Virus record (IMG/VR): IMGVR_UViG_3300045988_135522
Strand: one strand, 5' to 3'
Length of the DNA: 64,000 bases
From: a virus
Within the stretch, counting starts at the first letter, position 1; every line of letters begins with the position of its first letter. The notes below the pieces were generated by a model. That model ran no database searches. It was not told the DNA's origin and worked only from the letters and a program-made list of their open reading frames with translations. Below are positions 24,270 through 33,489 of the stretch, one piece after another. The position numbers were made by a program, and so were the translations under genes.

Positions 24270-24291
24270 CCCCCCTATAATCCCCCCTAAT
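24270..24291 (+). promoter_or_regulatory. tandem C6-TA(TA)AT boxes ahead of the long structural operon
   Basis: CCCCCCTATAAT (24270-24281) then CCCCCCTAAT (24282-24291), 21 nt before ATG 24313. A similar CCCCCCTTAA lies at 32173-32182 before ATG 32194. Confidence 0.25.
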
Positions 24292-24312
24292 TGTTTTCAT
24301 AAACCCTGAACC

Positions 24313-24972
24313 ATGAAAAATGTAATCCTAACCTCGGCCTTCATATTTATGGCCTTAACAATATTCTGGTTATGGAATCGAAATTCTGAATTAAGTCATG
24401 ACCTTAAAAATTCTTCTCGTCGGGTTGATACTGTTGTGGTTAATAATCCATTTGTACCCAAAGTTGAATTCCCTAAGATTCAATTACCCCGAATGGTGTT
24501 CCTATATCGGGTTGATTCTGTTCCCATTGAACGAATAGAATATGTTGATAGAGTGGTCACTATCATTCAGAAAGATTCAACTAAAATTGAATACAATGAA
24601 TTGTTCTTGACCAATTATCCCCAAGCTCCTAAGTTGTTGCAAATACTATCTGGTGGTGATAAGCTATCTATAACTACATTTAATACTGATTGTAAGCTTA
24701 TTACTGAGGAGTATTCGGTAAACTATTCTCGTTATCAATACAACTACCTGGATAGTAAATTAACTTACAAGAAAACGTCCTTCCTAAAAAGATTTAATCC
24801 AGTAGTTCAGTATACCCTACGACCAGTACATAACTTACATGATTTGGATTTTGGCTTGAAATACAATACCAGTAAATTTAATTATGAAGCCGGGTTGAAT
24901 ATCAACTATTATCCTAAGCTTCGGGATAATTTAGGTCTCGATCCTTACTTAAGAATTTCATACAATTTCTGA
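24313..24972 (+). CDS. putative outer-membrane beta-barrel-like protein (Lom-like moron?)
   Basis: N-terminal hydrophobic signal/anchor (VILTSAFIFMALTIFWLW). C-terminal half has alternating beta-strand patterns. It ends in L-R-I-S-Y-N-F, with hydrophobic residues at alternate positions and a terminal Phe, like an OMP beta-signal. Confidence 0.4.
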   Translation: MKNVILTSAFIFMALTIFWLWNRNSELSHDLKNSSRRVDTVVVNNPFVPKVEFPKIQLPRMVFLYRVDSVPIERIEYVDRVVTIIQKDSTKIEYNELFLTNYPQAPKLLQILSGGDKLSITTFNTDCKLITEEYSVNYSRYQYNYLDSKLTYKKTSFLKRFNPVVQYTLRPVHNLHDLDFGLKYNTSKFNYEAGLNINYYPKLRDNLGLDPYLRISYNF

Positions 24973-24973
24973 C

Positions 24974-27469
24974 ATGGCAAGAAAGAAGACATTAGTTGAA
25001 GATGCGAGTATTACACCTGAACAGCTTAAAACTCTGGTTCGGGTGATGAAAGACCCGTTCTTCTTTTCTACTTTCTGCTACGTGATAAACCCAGTGTTGG
25101 GCATGGTAAAGTTCTTGCTCTACCCTTTTCAGAAAGCAGTGCTATACCAATTCATGCTCAACAGGTTCAATATCATCCTAAAGTTTCGTCAGGCTGGTAT
25201 TACTGAGCTAATCTCTCTATACTGTCTTTGGTTAGCAATGTATCACCCTAACAAGAAGATAAACATTATCTCAATCAAGGACACCGTAGCAAAGAAGGTA
25301 CTAAAGAAGATTAAGTTCATGTACAAGAACCTACCCTCATATCTGCAAGAGCCTATCATAAACGGTCGTGCAGGGGAGTTTGGTTCTGTATCAACTATAG
25401 AGTTTGCAAATGGTTCTGTAATAGAATCTATTCCAACCTCTGACCAAGCTGGTCGTTCTGAATCTTTGTCGTTGTTGGTGATTGATGAAGCAGCAATCGT
25501 AAGATGGGCTTCAACTATCTGGGCATCAGCCTTCCCTACTCTATCAACTGGTGGTGCTGCTATAGTAAACTCATGTATTACTGGTGATACTCAAATTATA
25601 GGTAAAGATGGGCCATTCAGAGTAGATTCTATTTGTCCCAAAACTTTTGGTAAGATGGATATATCACATCTTGGGCTGAGAGTATTATCACATACTGGAA
25701 AGTGGCAGAGAGTACTTGGTTCTGTAAATAAGGGTGTACTGAAAACTTGGGAAGTTCACAATGAACAAGGTAGGGTTATTAAATGTACTCCAAAACATAA
25801 GTTGTATACTCTTGAAGGTTGGTTACCTGTTTCAGAGATAATCAAACGAGATATACCTGCTATCTTCTATCATACTGGTATAAGCGGTCTGGAGCAGAAT
25901 CCAGTAACCGTAAAACCCAAGAAAGAGATATGCAAACCCATACCTGGTTATCCAAACTATGAAGTCTCCAACTGGGGAAGAATCTTCATTGTAAAGAATG
26001 GGACGAGGGTAGAGAAGTTACCAAGACCTTGTAATAATAGGGAGAGATACCTAAATATAAGGTTGTGGAATAAGGGTCAAAAGAAAAAGATATGTGTCCA
26101 CAATCTGGTGGCTAAAGTATTCTTAGGAGAAATTCCAGAAGGATATGTAGTTGACCACATTAACAACAATCCTTCAGACAATTATGTAACCAATCTCCAG
26201 ATAGTTACAGTAGCTGAGAACGGTCAAAAAGCTGCGAAACATTCTTATGGAATGAAGCTTGGGTCTAAACTAAAAGGGGGATTCAACTACGACTTAAGAG
26301 TGGTGGCTTACATAAGATACCGTTATCAGGAACTTGGTTACTACTATGGAGTGTTGGAGAAGATATCTCAGGAGATTGAGAATAAGTTTGAGGTTAAACT
26401 GAATAAGTCTTATATTCAACGTATTGTATCTGGTAAACGTGGTACAAGTATCTATCTTTCTAAGCTGAAAGTAGTTAGAAAGTATTACGATACCATTTAC
26501 GATATTTGCGTTGAAAACGATGAATCTTACCTCATCAACGAAGACTACGTGTCTCATAACACCCCTTATGGTATAGGGAACTTCTTCCATAGTACTTGGG
26601 TAGATGCTATATCTGGGGGTAATCCGTTTAACCCCATACGATTATATTGGCAGATGCACCCTGATAGGGATGAGAAATGGTATGAAGAGATGTCTGCTGC
26701 TTTGGGTCCCAAGAGAACAGCTCAGGAGATAGACGGTGACTTCCTATCATCTGGGAATACAGTATTCGACTTAGCTGATATTAAAGCTATAGAGGAATGC
26801 TTATTTGACTACCCTGTTATCAATATCCGTCTCAAAGGTCAGTATAAAGAGTTCAACGAACCAGACCCAAACAAAGAATACTTTATCGGTGGTGACTGTG
26901 CTACTGGTAGAGGTACTGACTACTCTGCTTTCACCTGTATGGATAAAGAAGGGGAAGAGGCTGCAGTATATAAGGGGAGAATACCCCTGAACAAGTATGC
27001 CCGACTCCTTGGTGATGTTGGAGAGAAGTTCAATTTTGCTAAGTTAGCTCCCGAGACCAATGATGTTGGTATGACGGTAACTACCATACTTCAAGATGAG
27101 GGATATCCTAATCTATACTTCTATACTAAGCTCTTACGTAAGAAGAGGAAGAATAGACCAGAAGAAGATAAGTTCCCGGGATGGTTGACCACAACCAAGA
27201 ACCGTTCTGTAATAATCGAGAACTTAGAGAAGGATATCAGGGAAGAGAACGTAATTATAAAAGACCCGTTCTTTGTACAAGAAGCATATACTTTCATCTA
27301 TGACGGGGCTGGAAGACCAATTGCTCGTGGTAAGCATAGAATGAATAACTCATCTATGGACCTAGATTTGGAAGGTGAAACATATTCTGATGATGCGATA
27401 TTCGGTAAAGCTATCACTAATCATATCAGGTCTCACAGTCCATCTGGTACTGTAGTAATTCCTCAGTAA
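24974..27469 (+). CDS. terL: terminase large subunit, interrupted by an intein
   Basis: Deviant Walker A KFRQAGIT, Walker B LLVIDEAA, and a nuclease-half C-terminus. After conceptual removal of residues 201-529 the sequence is contiguous (AAIVNS|TPYGIGNFFH). Confidence 0.9.
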   Translation: MARKKTLVEDASITPEQLKTLVRVMKDPFFFSTFCYVINPVLGMVKFLLYPFQKAVLYQFMLNRFNIILKFRQAGITELISLYCLWLAMYHPNKKINIISIKDTVAKKVLKKIKFMYKNLPSYLQEPIINGRAGEFGSVSTIEFANGSVIESIPTSDQAGRSESLSLLVIDEAAIVRWASTIWASAFPTLSTGGAAIVNSCITGDTQIIGKDGPFRVDSICPKTFGKMDISHLGLRVLSHTGKWQRVLGSVNKGVLKTWEVHNEQGRVIKCTPKHKLYTLEGWLPVSEIIKRDIPAIFYHTGISGLEQNPVTVKPKKEICKPIPGYPNYEVSNWGRIFIVKNGTRVEKLPRPCNNRERYLNIRLWNKGQKKKICVHNLVAKVFLGEIPEGYVVDHINNNPSDNYVTNLQIVTVAENGQKAAKHSYGMKLGSKLKGGFNYDLRVVAYIRYRYQELGYYYGVLEKISQEIENKFEVKLNKSYIQRIVSGKRGTSIYLSKLKVVRKYYDTIYDICVENDESYLINEDYVSHNTPYGIGNFFHSTWVDAISGGNPFNPIRLYWQMHPDRDEKWYEEMSAALGPKRTAQEIDGDFLSSGNTVFDLADIKAIEECLFDYPVINIRLKGQYKEFNEPDPNKEYFIGGDCATGRGTDYSAFTCMDKEGEEAAVYKGRIPLNKYARLLGDVGEKFNFAKLAPETNDVGMTVTTILQDEGYPNLYFYTKLLRKKRKNRPEEDKFPGWLTTTKNRSVIIENLEKDIREENVIIKDPFFVQEAYTFIYDGAGRPIARGKHRMNNSSMDLDLEGETYSDDAIFGKAITNHIRSHSPSGTVVIPQ
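25574..26560 (+). mobile_element. intein (329 aa) carrying an HNH/NUMOD4-type homing endonuclease
   Basis: Starts at Cys (TGT 25574; block A CITGDTQIIG). Block B is TPKH. Ends in VSHN (AAC 25558... precisely 26558-26560) followed by a +1 Thr. The insert contains YPNYEVSNWGRIF and VDHINNNPSDNYVTNLQIVTVAEN. Confidence 0.85.
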
Positions 27470-27490
27470 GCATAAACCATTCAATATAAC

Positions 27491-28975
27491 ATGAAACTTA
27501 ATCCTATCAGTTGGTTCACCAGGTCTAAGCCTGTGGAATCTCAGAACAAAGATGAGGGAAAGGGTTCAATAAGTCCGGGCAGAGTTTCTCAACCAGATGA
27601 TGGTGTGGGGAACTCTGAACTCATTACCACTCTCAATGGTATGACGAACTTAGTTACCCCAACGTTCAGAACAGAACTAATACCTATTATTCGGGACTTG
27701 TACAAGATAAACCCGGACGTCAGCATTGCATTGCAGGACATGTTTAAGCTGTCGAATACAGGTCATACTATCGACTTCCCAAACAACACTCCCGAGGAGT
27801 CCACCAAGATGAGGGAACATTTAAGGAATGTATCCAAGAGGTGGTCGAAGTATACAGCCGGAATAGATGGGTTGGTAAACAAGTTCATAGTTCAGCTTCT
27901 TGTTAGTGGTGCTATATCGGTGGAAGGAGTACCAAACAAGAAGCTAACAGGATTGGAAACCATACTCTTCATTAAACCTGAAACTATAAGGTTTAAGAGA
28001 GAGAACAATGGAGTATATCACCCATACCAAAGGAATCCTCATTTGGTAGATGGTCTCAAGGATTCATTCATACGATTGAATACCGAGACCTATTGTTATG
28101 TTGGTATGTACAATGATACCGATGAACCCTACGGGGTACCTCCATTTATGTCGGCTTTGGATTCTATCGCTGGTCAGCATACCATGCGAAAGAATTTCAA
28201 ACATATCATGGAGGTAATGGGTATGGTTGGTTTCCTTGAAGCTAAGATGGCTAAACCTCCTCGTACTGCTGGAGAAAGTGAAAAAGCCTATGCTGCTCGT
28301 TTGGAAAGTACTCTCAGGAAGATGAAGACCAATATCGTTGGTGGTATGTCAGATGGAGTAGTGGTTGGTTACATAGATGACCATGAATTCGAACTGAGGT
28401 CAACTTCGGCTTCTATGCAGAATATAAACCTTCCCTGGAATATGAATCAACAATCCGTAGCAAACGGCCTCGGAGTAAATGGTTCTATCATAGGAGTATC
28501 TGCATCACAGAGTGGTACCGAGGGTGGAGCTGGTATACAGCTGTCTAAGATGATATCCCAGTTAAAGAATATTCAAACCCTGGTAATCTTTGTACTGGAG
28601 TTCTTTTATTCTCTAGAATTGCGCTTGGCGGGGTTCAATAACAAGGGAATAACTATCAAGTTCGGGACTTCAACTGTTTCTGATGATATTAAGTTACAGC
28701 AGGCTCGTGAATATCGGGCTCGTGTAAATGTAACCCTGTATAATCAGGGTATTATCAGTCAGGACCAGTTTGCTCGTGATATGGGTTATGAAACTCCGGA
28801 CCAACCCGAACCAAGAACTCCTGTAGATTCGGATGATTCAGATGGTACGGGAGATTCAGATACTGGTAAGAAGAAAAAGAAACGGGAAGATGACAAAGAC
28901 AAGTCAGACCGTAGGACCAGGGATAAAACAAACCCTAATCCCAAAAGAAAAGACCAAGACAGTAAACCAAGATAA
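27491..28975 (+). CDS. portal protein
   Basis: 494-aa ORF immediately after terL. Size and position fit a portal. Charged Lys/Asp-rich C-terminal tail. Confidence 0.7.
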   Translation: MKLNPISWFTRSKPVESQNKDEGKGSISPGRVSQPDDGVGNSELITTLNGMTNLVTPTFRTELIPIIRDLYKINPDVSIALQDMFKLSNTGHTIDFPNNTPEESTKMREHLRNVSKRWSKYTAGIDGLVNKFIVQLLVSGAISVEGVPNKKLTGLETILFIKPETIRFKRENNGVYHPYQRNPHLVDGLKDSFIRLNTETYCYVGMYNDTDEPYGVPPFMSALDSIAGQHTMRKNFKHIMEVMGMVGFLEAKMAKPPRTAGESEKAYAARLESTLRKMKTNIVGGMSDGVVVGYIDDHEFELRSTSASMQNINLPWNMNQQSVANGLGVNGSIIGVSASQSGTEGGAGIQLSKMISQLKNIQTLVIFVLEFFYSLELRLAGFNNKGITIKFGTSTVSDDIKLQQAREYRARVNVTLYNQGIISQDQFARDMGYETPDQPEPRTPVDSDDSDGTGDSDTGKKKKKREDDKDKSDRRTRDKTNPNPKRKDQDSKPR

Positions 28976-28978
28976 ATT

Positions 28979-30505
28979 ATGCCAAATGTTCATCAGAATA
29001 CCGATGTAATGGTATTAAGTGCAGCTCATAGCTTAATGGTATCTAATGTACCAGAAGTAGTTATTGATGCTCACTCTCTCTCCGAAAACTTCTACAAGGG
29101 TACTGTCAACTTCAGTGAAGACCCTAAGAAGTCACTGGAAAGGTTTGGTATGTGGGGTGGCACTTTGAATGTCAACCAGTTCATGCCAGAAGTAACTCCA
29201 GAAATGTTAAAGCCAAAGGACAGTGACTTTATAGAGCCAATGTTCCGAATGCTTTCTGCCGCAATAGTGGCAAAGAAGTACAATCCCACTGAGTTTCCAG
29301 AAGCAGTGCTGAAGGAATCTATGCCTCTCCTCGTAGGCCAGTCTGTTAATCTCGACCATGAAACCGATGTAGCTAATGCCATTGGAGCAGTTAAGTCTGT
29401 AGAGTGGCAGGAAGCTTACCAAGATGAAAAGACCGGGGTAGTTATCCCAGCTGGTATCAATGGTATCATGAAGATAGATGGGCTTTCCAATCCTCGTATA
29501 GCTCGTGGTATTCAGATGGACCCTCCTTCAATACATTCCAATTCAGTAACCGTAGAGTTTGCATGGGAACCTTCTCATTCCTTTGAGGATATCTGGGAGT
29601 TCTATTCCAAACTTGGTACGTATACTGAAAGTGGTGAATTGATTCGCAGGGTTGTTACCAAAATCATTTCCTACAAAGAGACATCTTTAGTATGGCATGG
29701 AGCAGACCCCTTTGCTCAGCTTATTAAGAGTGGCAAATTAAACAGCCCTGCTTATGCGGGAAGTCAGTACTACTCCTTCTCCGAAGAAAAAGCTGCCGAG
29801 GCCAATGACCCAGCAAAGAGGGTCTCTATGTTCGACTTCAAGATTCTTTCTGAAAAAGAGATAAAGTACAATACCACCCAATCTAATAATGAAAAGGGTG
29901 CCAGAAAGGGTAACCACAATAACCAAACAAATAAAACAAACATGGACAAAGAATTGCAGCAAGTGCTGGCGAGCCTCTTTGGTGAAAATCTTTTGACCCT
30001 TTCTGAAGGTCAGGAAGTTTCGACAGAGCTGGCTCTCACCCAGATTAAAAACCTGGTACAGCAGAATCAGAGCCTCACTGAGGCCGTGGCTTCCAAAGAC
30101 ACTGAGATTCAGACTCTCAAGGAAGAGAAAGCAAATCTCGAGAAGGACGTAGAGTCTTACAAGGAAGCAAAGAAAAACTGGGACGGTCATATCAAATCCT
30201 TCCGTGAGGAAACGGTGGCTGCCTACAAGAAAGTTTCCGGCGAGGAGAACGTAGACCAGAACATCCTGGCACTACTGGAGAACGAAGGAACCACCATGGA
30301 GACCCTCAGTGCTCTTCGTAAGACTTATGACGCACAGCTGGAAGACAAATTCCCGATGCACTGCAATCATTGCGGTTCTCAGGACGTGGGCCGGGCATCG
30401 TCTATCAATCCAGAGGTAGAAGACGAGACGAAGAACGGAGACAAGTCTACTCAGGCAGTTGCCCAGGCTTTGGCCGACCGGAAACTTCGAGGAGAAAAGA
30501 AATAA
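28979..30505 (+). CDS. scaffolding-like protein (possible protease-scaffold fusion)
   Basis: Lies between the portal and capsid genes. The C-terminal half is a long heptad/coiled-coil-like stretch (QNQSLTEAVASKDTEIQTLKEEKANLEKDVESYKEAKK). I could not identify protease catalytic residues by eye. Confidence 0.45.
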   Translation: MPNVHQNTDVMVLSAAHSLMVSNVPEVVIDAHSLSENFYKGTVNFSEDPKKSLERFGMWGGTLNVNQFMPEVTPEMLKPKDSDFIEPMFRMLSAAIVAKKYNPTEFPEAVLKESMPLLVGQSVNLDHETDVANAIGAVKSVEWQEAYQDEKTGVVIPAGINGIMKIDGLSNPRIARGIQMDPPSIHSNSVTVEFAWEPSHSFEDIWEFYSKLGTYTESGELIRRVVTKIISYKETSLVWHGADPFAQLIKSGKLNSPAYAGSQYYSFSEEKAAEANDPAKRVSMFDFKILSEKEIKYNTTQSNNEKGARKGNHNNQTNKTNMDKELQQVLASLFGENLLTLSEGQEVSTELALTQIKNLVQQNQSLTEAVASKDTEIQTLKEEKANLEKDVESYKEAKKNWDGHIKSFREETVAAYKKVSGEENVDQNILALLENEGTTMETLSALRKTYDAQLEDKFPMHCNHCGSQDVGRASSINPEVEDETKNGDKSTQAVAQALADRKLRGEKK

Positions 30506-30536
30506 CAGAAAAGTAACTTAAATCTCAAATTAAATT

Positions 30537-31004
30537 ATGGCAGACTTACACAAAGTGGGTTCCCGAACCCCGCAGGCTGTGATTTACAAAAGTGAATCGC
30601 ACAAGCTTCATCAGGCATTCCCGGTAAAGAAAGGCGATACCATAGTTCAGGGTCAGCCCGTAAAGCTGAACACTGATGGTACCATTTCTCCGTATACCGG
30701 AGCATCGGGCGAAATGTACATCGGTATCGCTATCGGTTACAGCCAATATCCCGCATATCCTCCTACGGCAGCCGGAGTAGAGGTTACGGTAATGGTCCAG
30801 GGCTACACCATTATCCATGGTATCGCCAAGGCTGAGATAACCACTACTGGTTATGTTCAGACGGACGGTACTCTCGACGACAGCGGCACGTATCCCAACT
30901 TTAGTCCCTCGGCTCCCAATGCCGAGACTCCCAATGCCGAGACTCCCTTCCTGGCTATAAACACGGCAGAGGCAGGTGAACTGGTACGAATCCTTGCAAA
31001 ATAA
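30537..31004 (+). CDS. head decoration-like protein (DUF2190-like pattern)
   Basis: 155-aa gene directly upstream of the MCP gene. Gly/Val-rich beta pattern (GDTIVQGQPVKL...IGIAIG...VEVTVMVQGYTIIHG). GC-rich codons and in-phase antisense ORF 30546-31016. Confidence 0.5.
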   Translation: MADLHKVGSRTPQAVIYKSESHKLHQAFPVKKGDTIVQGQPVKLNTDGTISPYTGASGEMYIGIAIGYSQYPAYPPTAAGVEVTVMVQGYTIIHGIAKAEITTTGYVQTDGTLDDSGTYPNFSPSAPNAETPNAETPFLAINTAEAGELVRILAK

Positions 31005-31025
31005 CAAGAAAAACACATTTATAAC

Positions 31026-32135
31026 ATGGCAGAAAAAACTTTCACTCGGGACCAGTACTTAAAGGAGCTTCCCGAAATCGTAAAGAACATGGATGGCTTC
31101 CGACAGGGAAGCAACAAGAGTCTCCCGGTAGACATTCATCTGGGGGATATGCTCCAGGAGAAATACGGCATCACACAGGAAGATTACTTCAAGGCCGTAG
31201 GATTCAATCCCAAAGTAGACACGATGGAGAATATCTACTCCATGCCGAATCCCGAACTCCGCTGGCTCGTTCCGGAGATTGTCCGTGAGGCAATATATCT
31301 GGGAATGCGTGAAGCACCTTTCTATCCCAACATTATCGCCTCCGACCAGCCTATCAACGGGCTGACCGCAATCATGCCGCTCGTCAACATGTCTGACGCT
31401 AACCCTGCACGGGTGAACGAGGCCGAGACCATTCCTCTGGGTACCGTATCTTTCGGCCAGAAGTCGGTCAACCTTTTCAAAATCGGCAAGGGTTTCAAGG
31501 TTACCGACGAGGTACGAAGCTACGTATCGATGGACGTAATGGCAATATTCCTTCGTGACTTCGGTGTTCAGCTGGGTTATGCAATGGATGCTCTGGCCAT
31601 GGATGTCCTCGTAAAGGGCAACAAGCTGGACGGTTCGGAATCGGCTCCGGTCATCGGTGTAGGAGATACCACAAAGGGCATCCAGTATCGTGACCTTCTC
31701 CGGGTATGGATTCGGGCATCTCGCTTGGGTCGTCAGTTCCGTACCATCATCGGCGGTGAAGAGCAGGCACTCGACCTTCTCGACCTTCCCGAGTTCAAAC
31801 TGCGTTCGTCGGGTACAACTGATGCCCGCCTGAACCTGAAAACTCCGGTTCCCAACTCGGCAGATTTCTATATTCATGGTGGAACTCCGGAAAACGAGGT
31901 TATGCTAGTAGACCCGGCAGCTGCCATGATTAAGCTGACTGCAAAGCAGCTGATGCTGGAGTCGGAGCGTATCGTTTCGAATCAGACTGAGGCTATCTAT
32001 GCTTCGCTGACGACGGGCTTCTCGAAGATGTACCAGGATGCTTCTATCCTCATCGATGCGACGAAGGAATTCACTACCAATGGATTCCCCGATTACATGG
32101 ATGTCGACAAGTACCTGACAGGTATCATCGAGTAA
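31026..32135 (+). CDS. major capsid protein (HK97-fold type)
   Basis: 369 aa. Position after the scaffold/decoration genes. Strongest GC3-rich codon bias in the window. Followed by a strong hairpin. Sequence pattern is typical of Phage_capsid-like MCPs. Confidence 0.8.
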   Translation: MAEKTFTRDQYLKELPEIVKNMDGFRQGSNKSLPVDIHLGDMLQEKYGITQEDYFKAVGFNPKVDTMENIYSMPNPELRWLVPEIVREAIYLGMREAPFYPNIIASDQPINGLTAIMPLVNMSDANPARVNEAETIPLGTVSFGQKSVNLFKIGKGFKVTDEVRSYVSMDVMAIFLRDFGVQLGYAMDALAMDVLVKGNKLDGSESAPVIGVGDTTKGIQYRDLLRVWIRASRLGRQFRTIIGGEEQALDLLDLPEFKLRSSGTTDARLNLKTPVPNSADFYIHGGTPENEVMLVDPAAAMIKLTAKQLMLESERIVSNQTEAIYASLTTGFSKMYQDASILIDATKEFTTNGFPDYMDVDKYLTGIIE

Positions 32136-32154
32136 CACCCAATAACTCAAACCT

Positions 32155-32177
32155 GGGGGCGGCTTAATACCGCCCCC
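32155..32177 (+). terminator. GC-rich hairpin after the capsid gene
   Basis: GGGGGCGG(32155-32162) cttaata CCGCCCCC(32170-32177). Confidence 0.65.
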
Positions 32178-32193
32178 CTTAACTAATTTAACT

Positions 32194-32619
32194 ATGGCAA
32201 GTAAACGATACGTAAAACTGAGTCCCAAGGCCAGTATCTTCTATGACCAGGGTTCGAAAATCAAGGTTCTCCGCAAAGAGGTTGTGGAGTTAACAGACAA
32301 ACAGTACAACCTACGGGTTATCAAGGCTGCCTTGGCAAATGGCTATCTCATCGAAGCCAAAGCCGAGGAGTTCAAAGAACCCCTCCCGAAAGGTGCTCCA
32401 TCAGCTCCTAAGAAGGAAGTTGACCTGGAAGCTGTTCGTAAGAAGTTCGAAGACCTCTTGGAGGCCGAGGAAGCTCCCGAGAAAATCAAGGAACAGTTCA
32501 ACACCGAGGAGTTGAAGGCTTTGGCTCTCTCTTTGGAGATTGAGCCGGAGGAAGGTGATACCAAGCTTGACTTGGTGAATGCTATCCTCGATGAGCTGAA
32601 GGACGAAGACGACGAGTAA
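32194..32619 (+). CDS. hypothetical protein with HeH/Rho_N-like acidic C-terminus
   Basis: 141 aa. C-terminal EELKALALSLEIEPEEGDTKLDLVNAILDELKDEDDE resembles a helix-extension-helix module. Confidence 0.55.
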   Translation: MASKRYVKLSPKASIFYDQGSKIKVLRKEVVELTDKQYNLRVIKAALANGYLIEAKAEEFKEPLPKGAPSAPKKEVDLEAVRKKFEDLLEAEEAPEKIKEQFNTEELKALALSLEIEPEEGDTKLDLVNAILDELKDEDDE

Positions 32620-32622
32620 ACT

Positions 32623-33486
32623 ATGGAAAAGGTAGATTTCTTATCTACCGTAGTTGGACTCAATGCAAGGTTTAGGGGATTCGCTGATGAACTACCCCAC
32701 GACTTTACAGTAACATGGGTATTTGGTGATGGGAAGACAGAATCACATGTAGGTGTGGTAACTGCTTCCCATCTTTATGAAGCTTCAGGTGACTATGTGG
32801 TCAAGATGACCATAACCAACAATGTCGGTGGAGTTGCATTATCAAAGACCCAGGTTATTGGGGTTAGTGAAGAGGTAAAAACCCAGTTGCCTGGCAGTAT
32901 CTATGAGCTGATAGACACTTATATTCCCGAGGATATCTTCGGTAAGCTTACGCTTAAAGAGAAGCAGCAGTTTATTGAAAAATGGCAGCTGTATATTCAG
33001 CCGCTAGTGAATCACGAAGTACCAATAGAGGAATTTAATAATGAGTTGTATTATGAAGCTCTAGAAAACCAGCTAATTATGGAATTGGCAGCCTATGATT
33101 ATATGGTTGTGCAAATCTCATTGATGGTTGGTGCTAATGCTGAAGCTGTTAAAGAGAGTAATTCAATCTCTACATCCGAATCTGAAACCTCTGAATCTAG
33201 TCAGGGGTCAGGTACAGTTAAGCGAATACAAACAGGTCCAACTGAGGTAGAATTCTTCAACGATACTGACTCTGAATCTAAAACCTCATCCAATGTCATA
33301 AAAGCAATGCAACCAGGTGGAGTTATTGATATACTCAAACAAAATCTGTGTATGCTTGCTGAAAGACTTTCCATCTATCTACCTATTTGCCGAACGGTGA
33401 AGAAGGTAGTAGTTCCTAAAGTAGTAAACCACCGGAGGCCAGGACCATTAGATGGCCCAGACCCAGGCTTCCCCGTAAAGAAGTAG
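32623..33486 (+). CDS. PKD-domain-containing virion protein
   Basis: N-terminal FTVTWVFGDGKTESHVGVVTASHLYEASGDYVVKMTITNNVGG fits the PKD signature (W.FGDG....H.Y...G.Y.V). Confidence 0.6.
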   Translation: MEKVDFLSTVVGLNARFRGFADELPHDFTVTWVFGDGKTESHVGVVTASHLYEASGDYVVKMTITNNVGGVALSKTQVIGVSEEVKTQLPGSIYELIDTYIPEDIFGKLTLKEKQQFIEKWQLYIQPLVNHEVPIEEFNNELYYEALENQLIMELAAYDYMVVQISLMVGANAEAVKESNSISTSESETSESSQGSGTVKRIQTGPTEVEFFNDTDSESKTSSNVIKAMQPGGVIDILKQNLCMLAERLSIYLPICRTVKKVVVPKVVNHRRPGPLDGPDPGFPVKK

Positions 33487-33489
33487 GGT

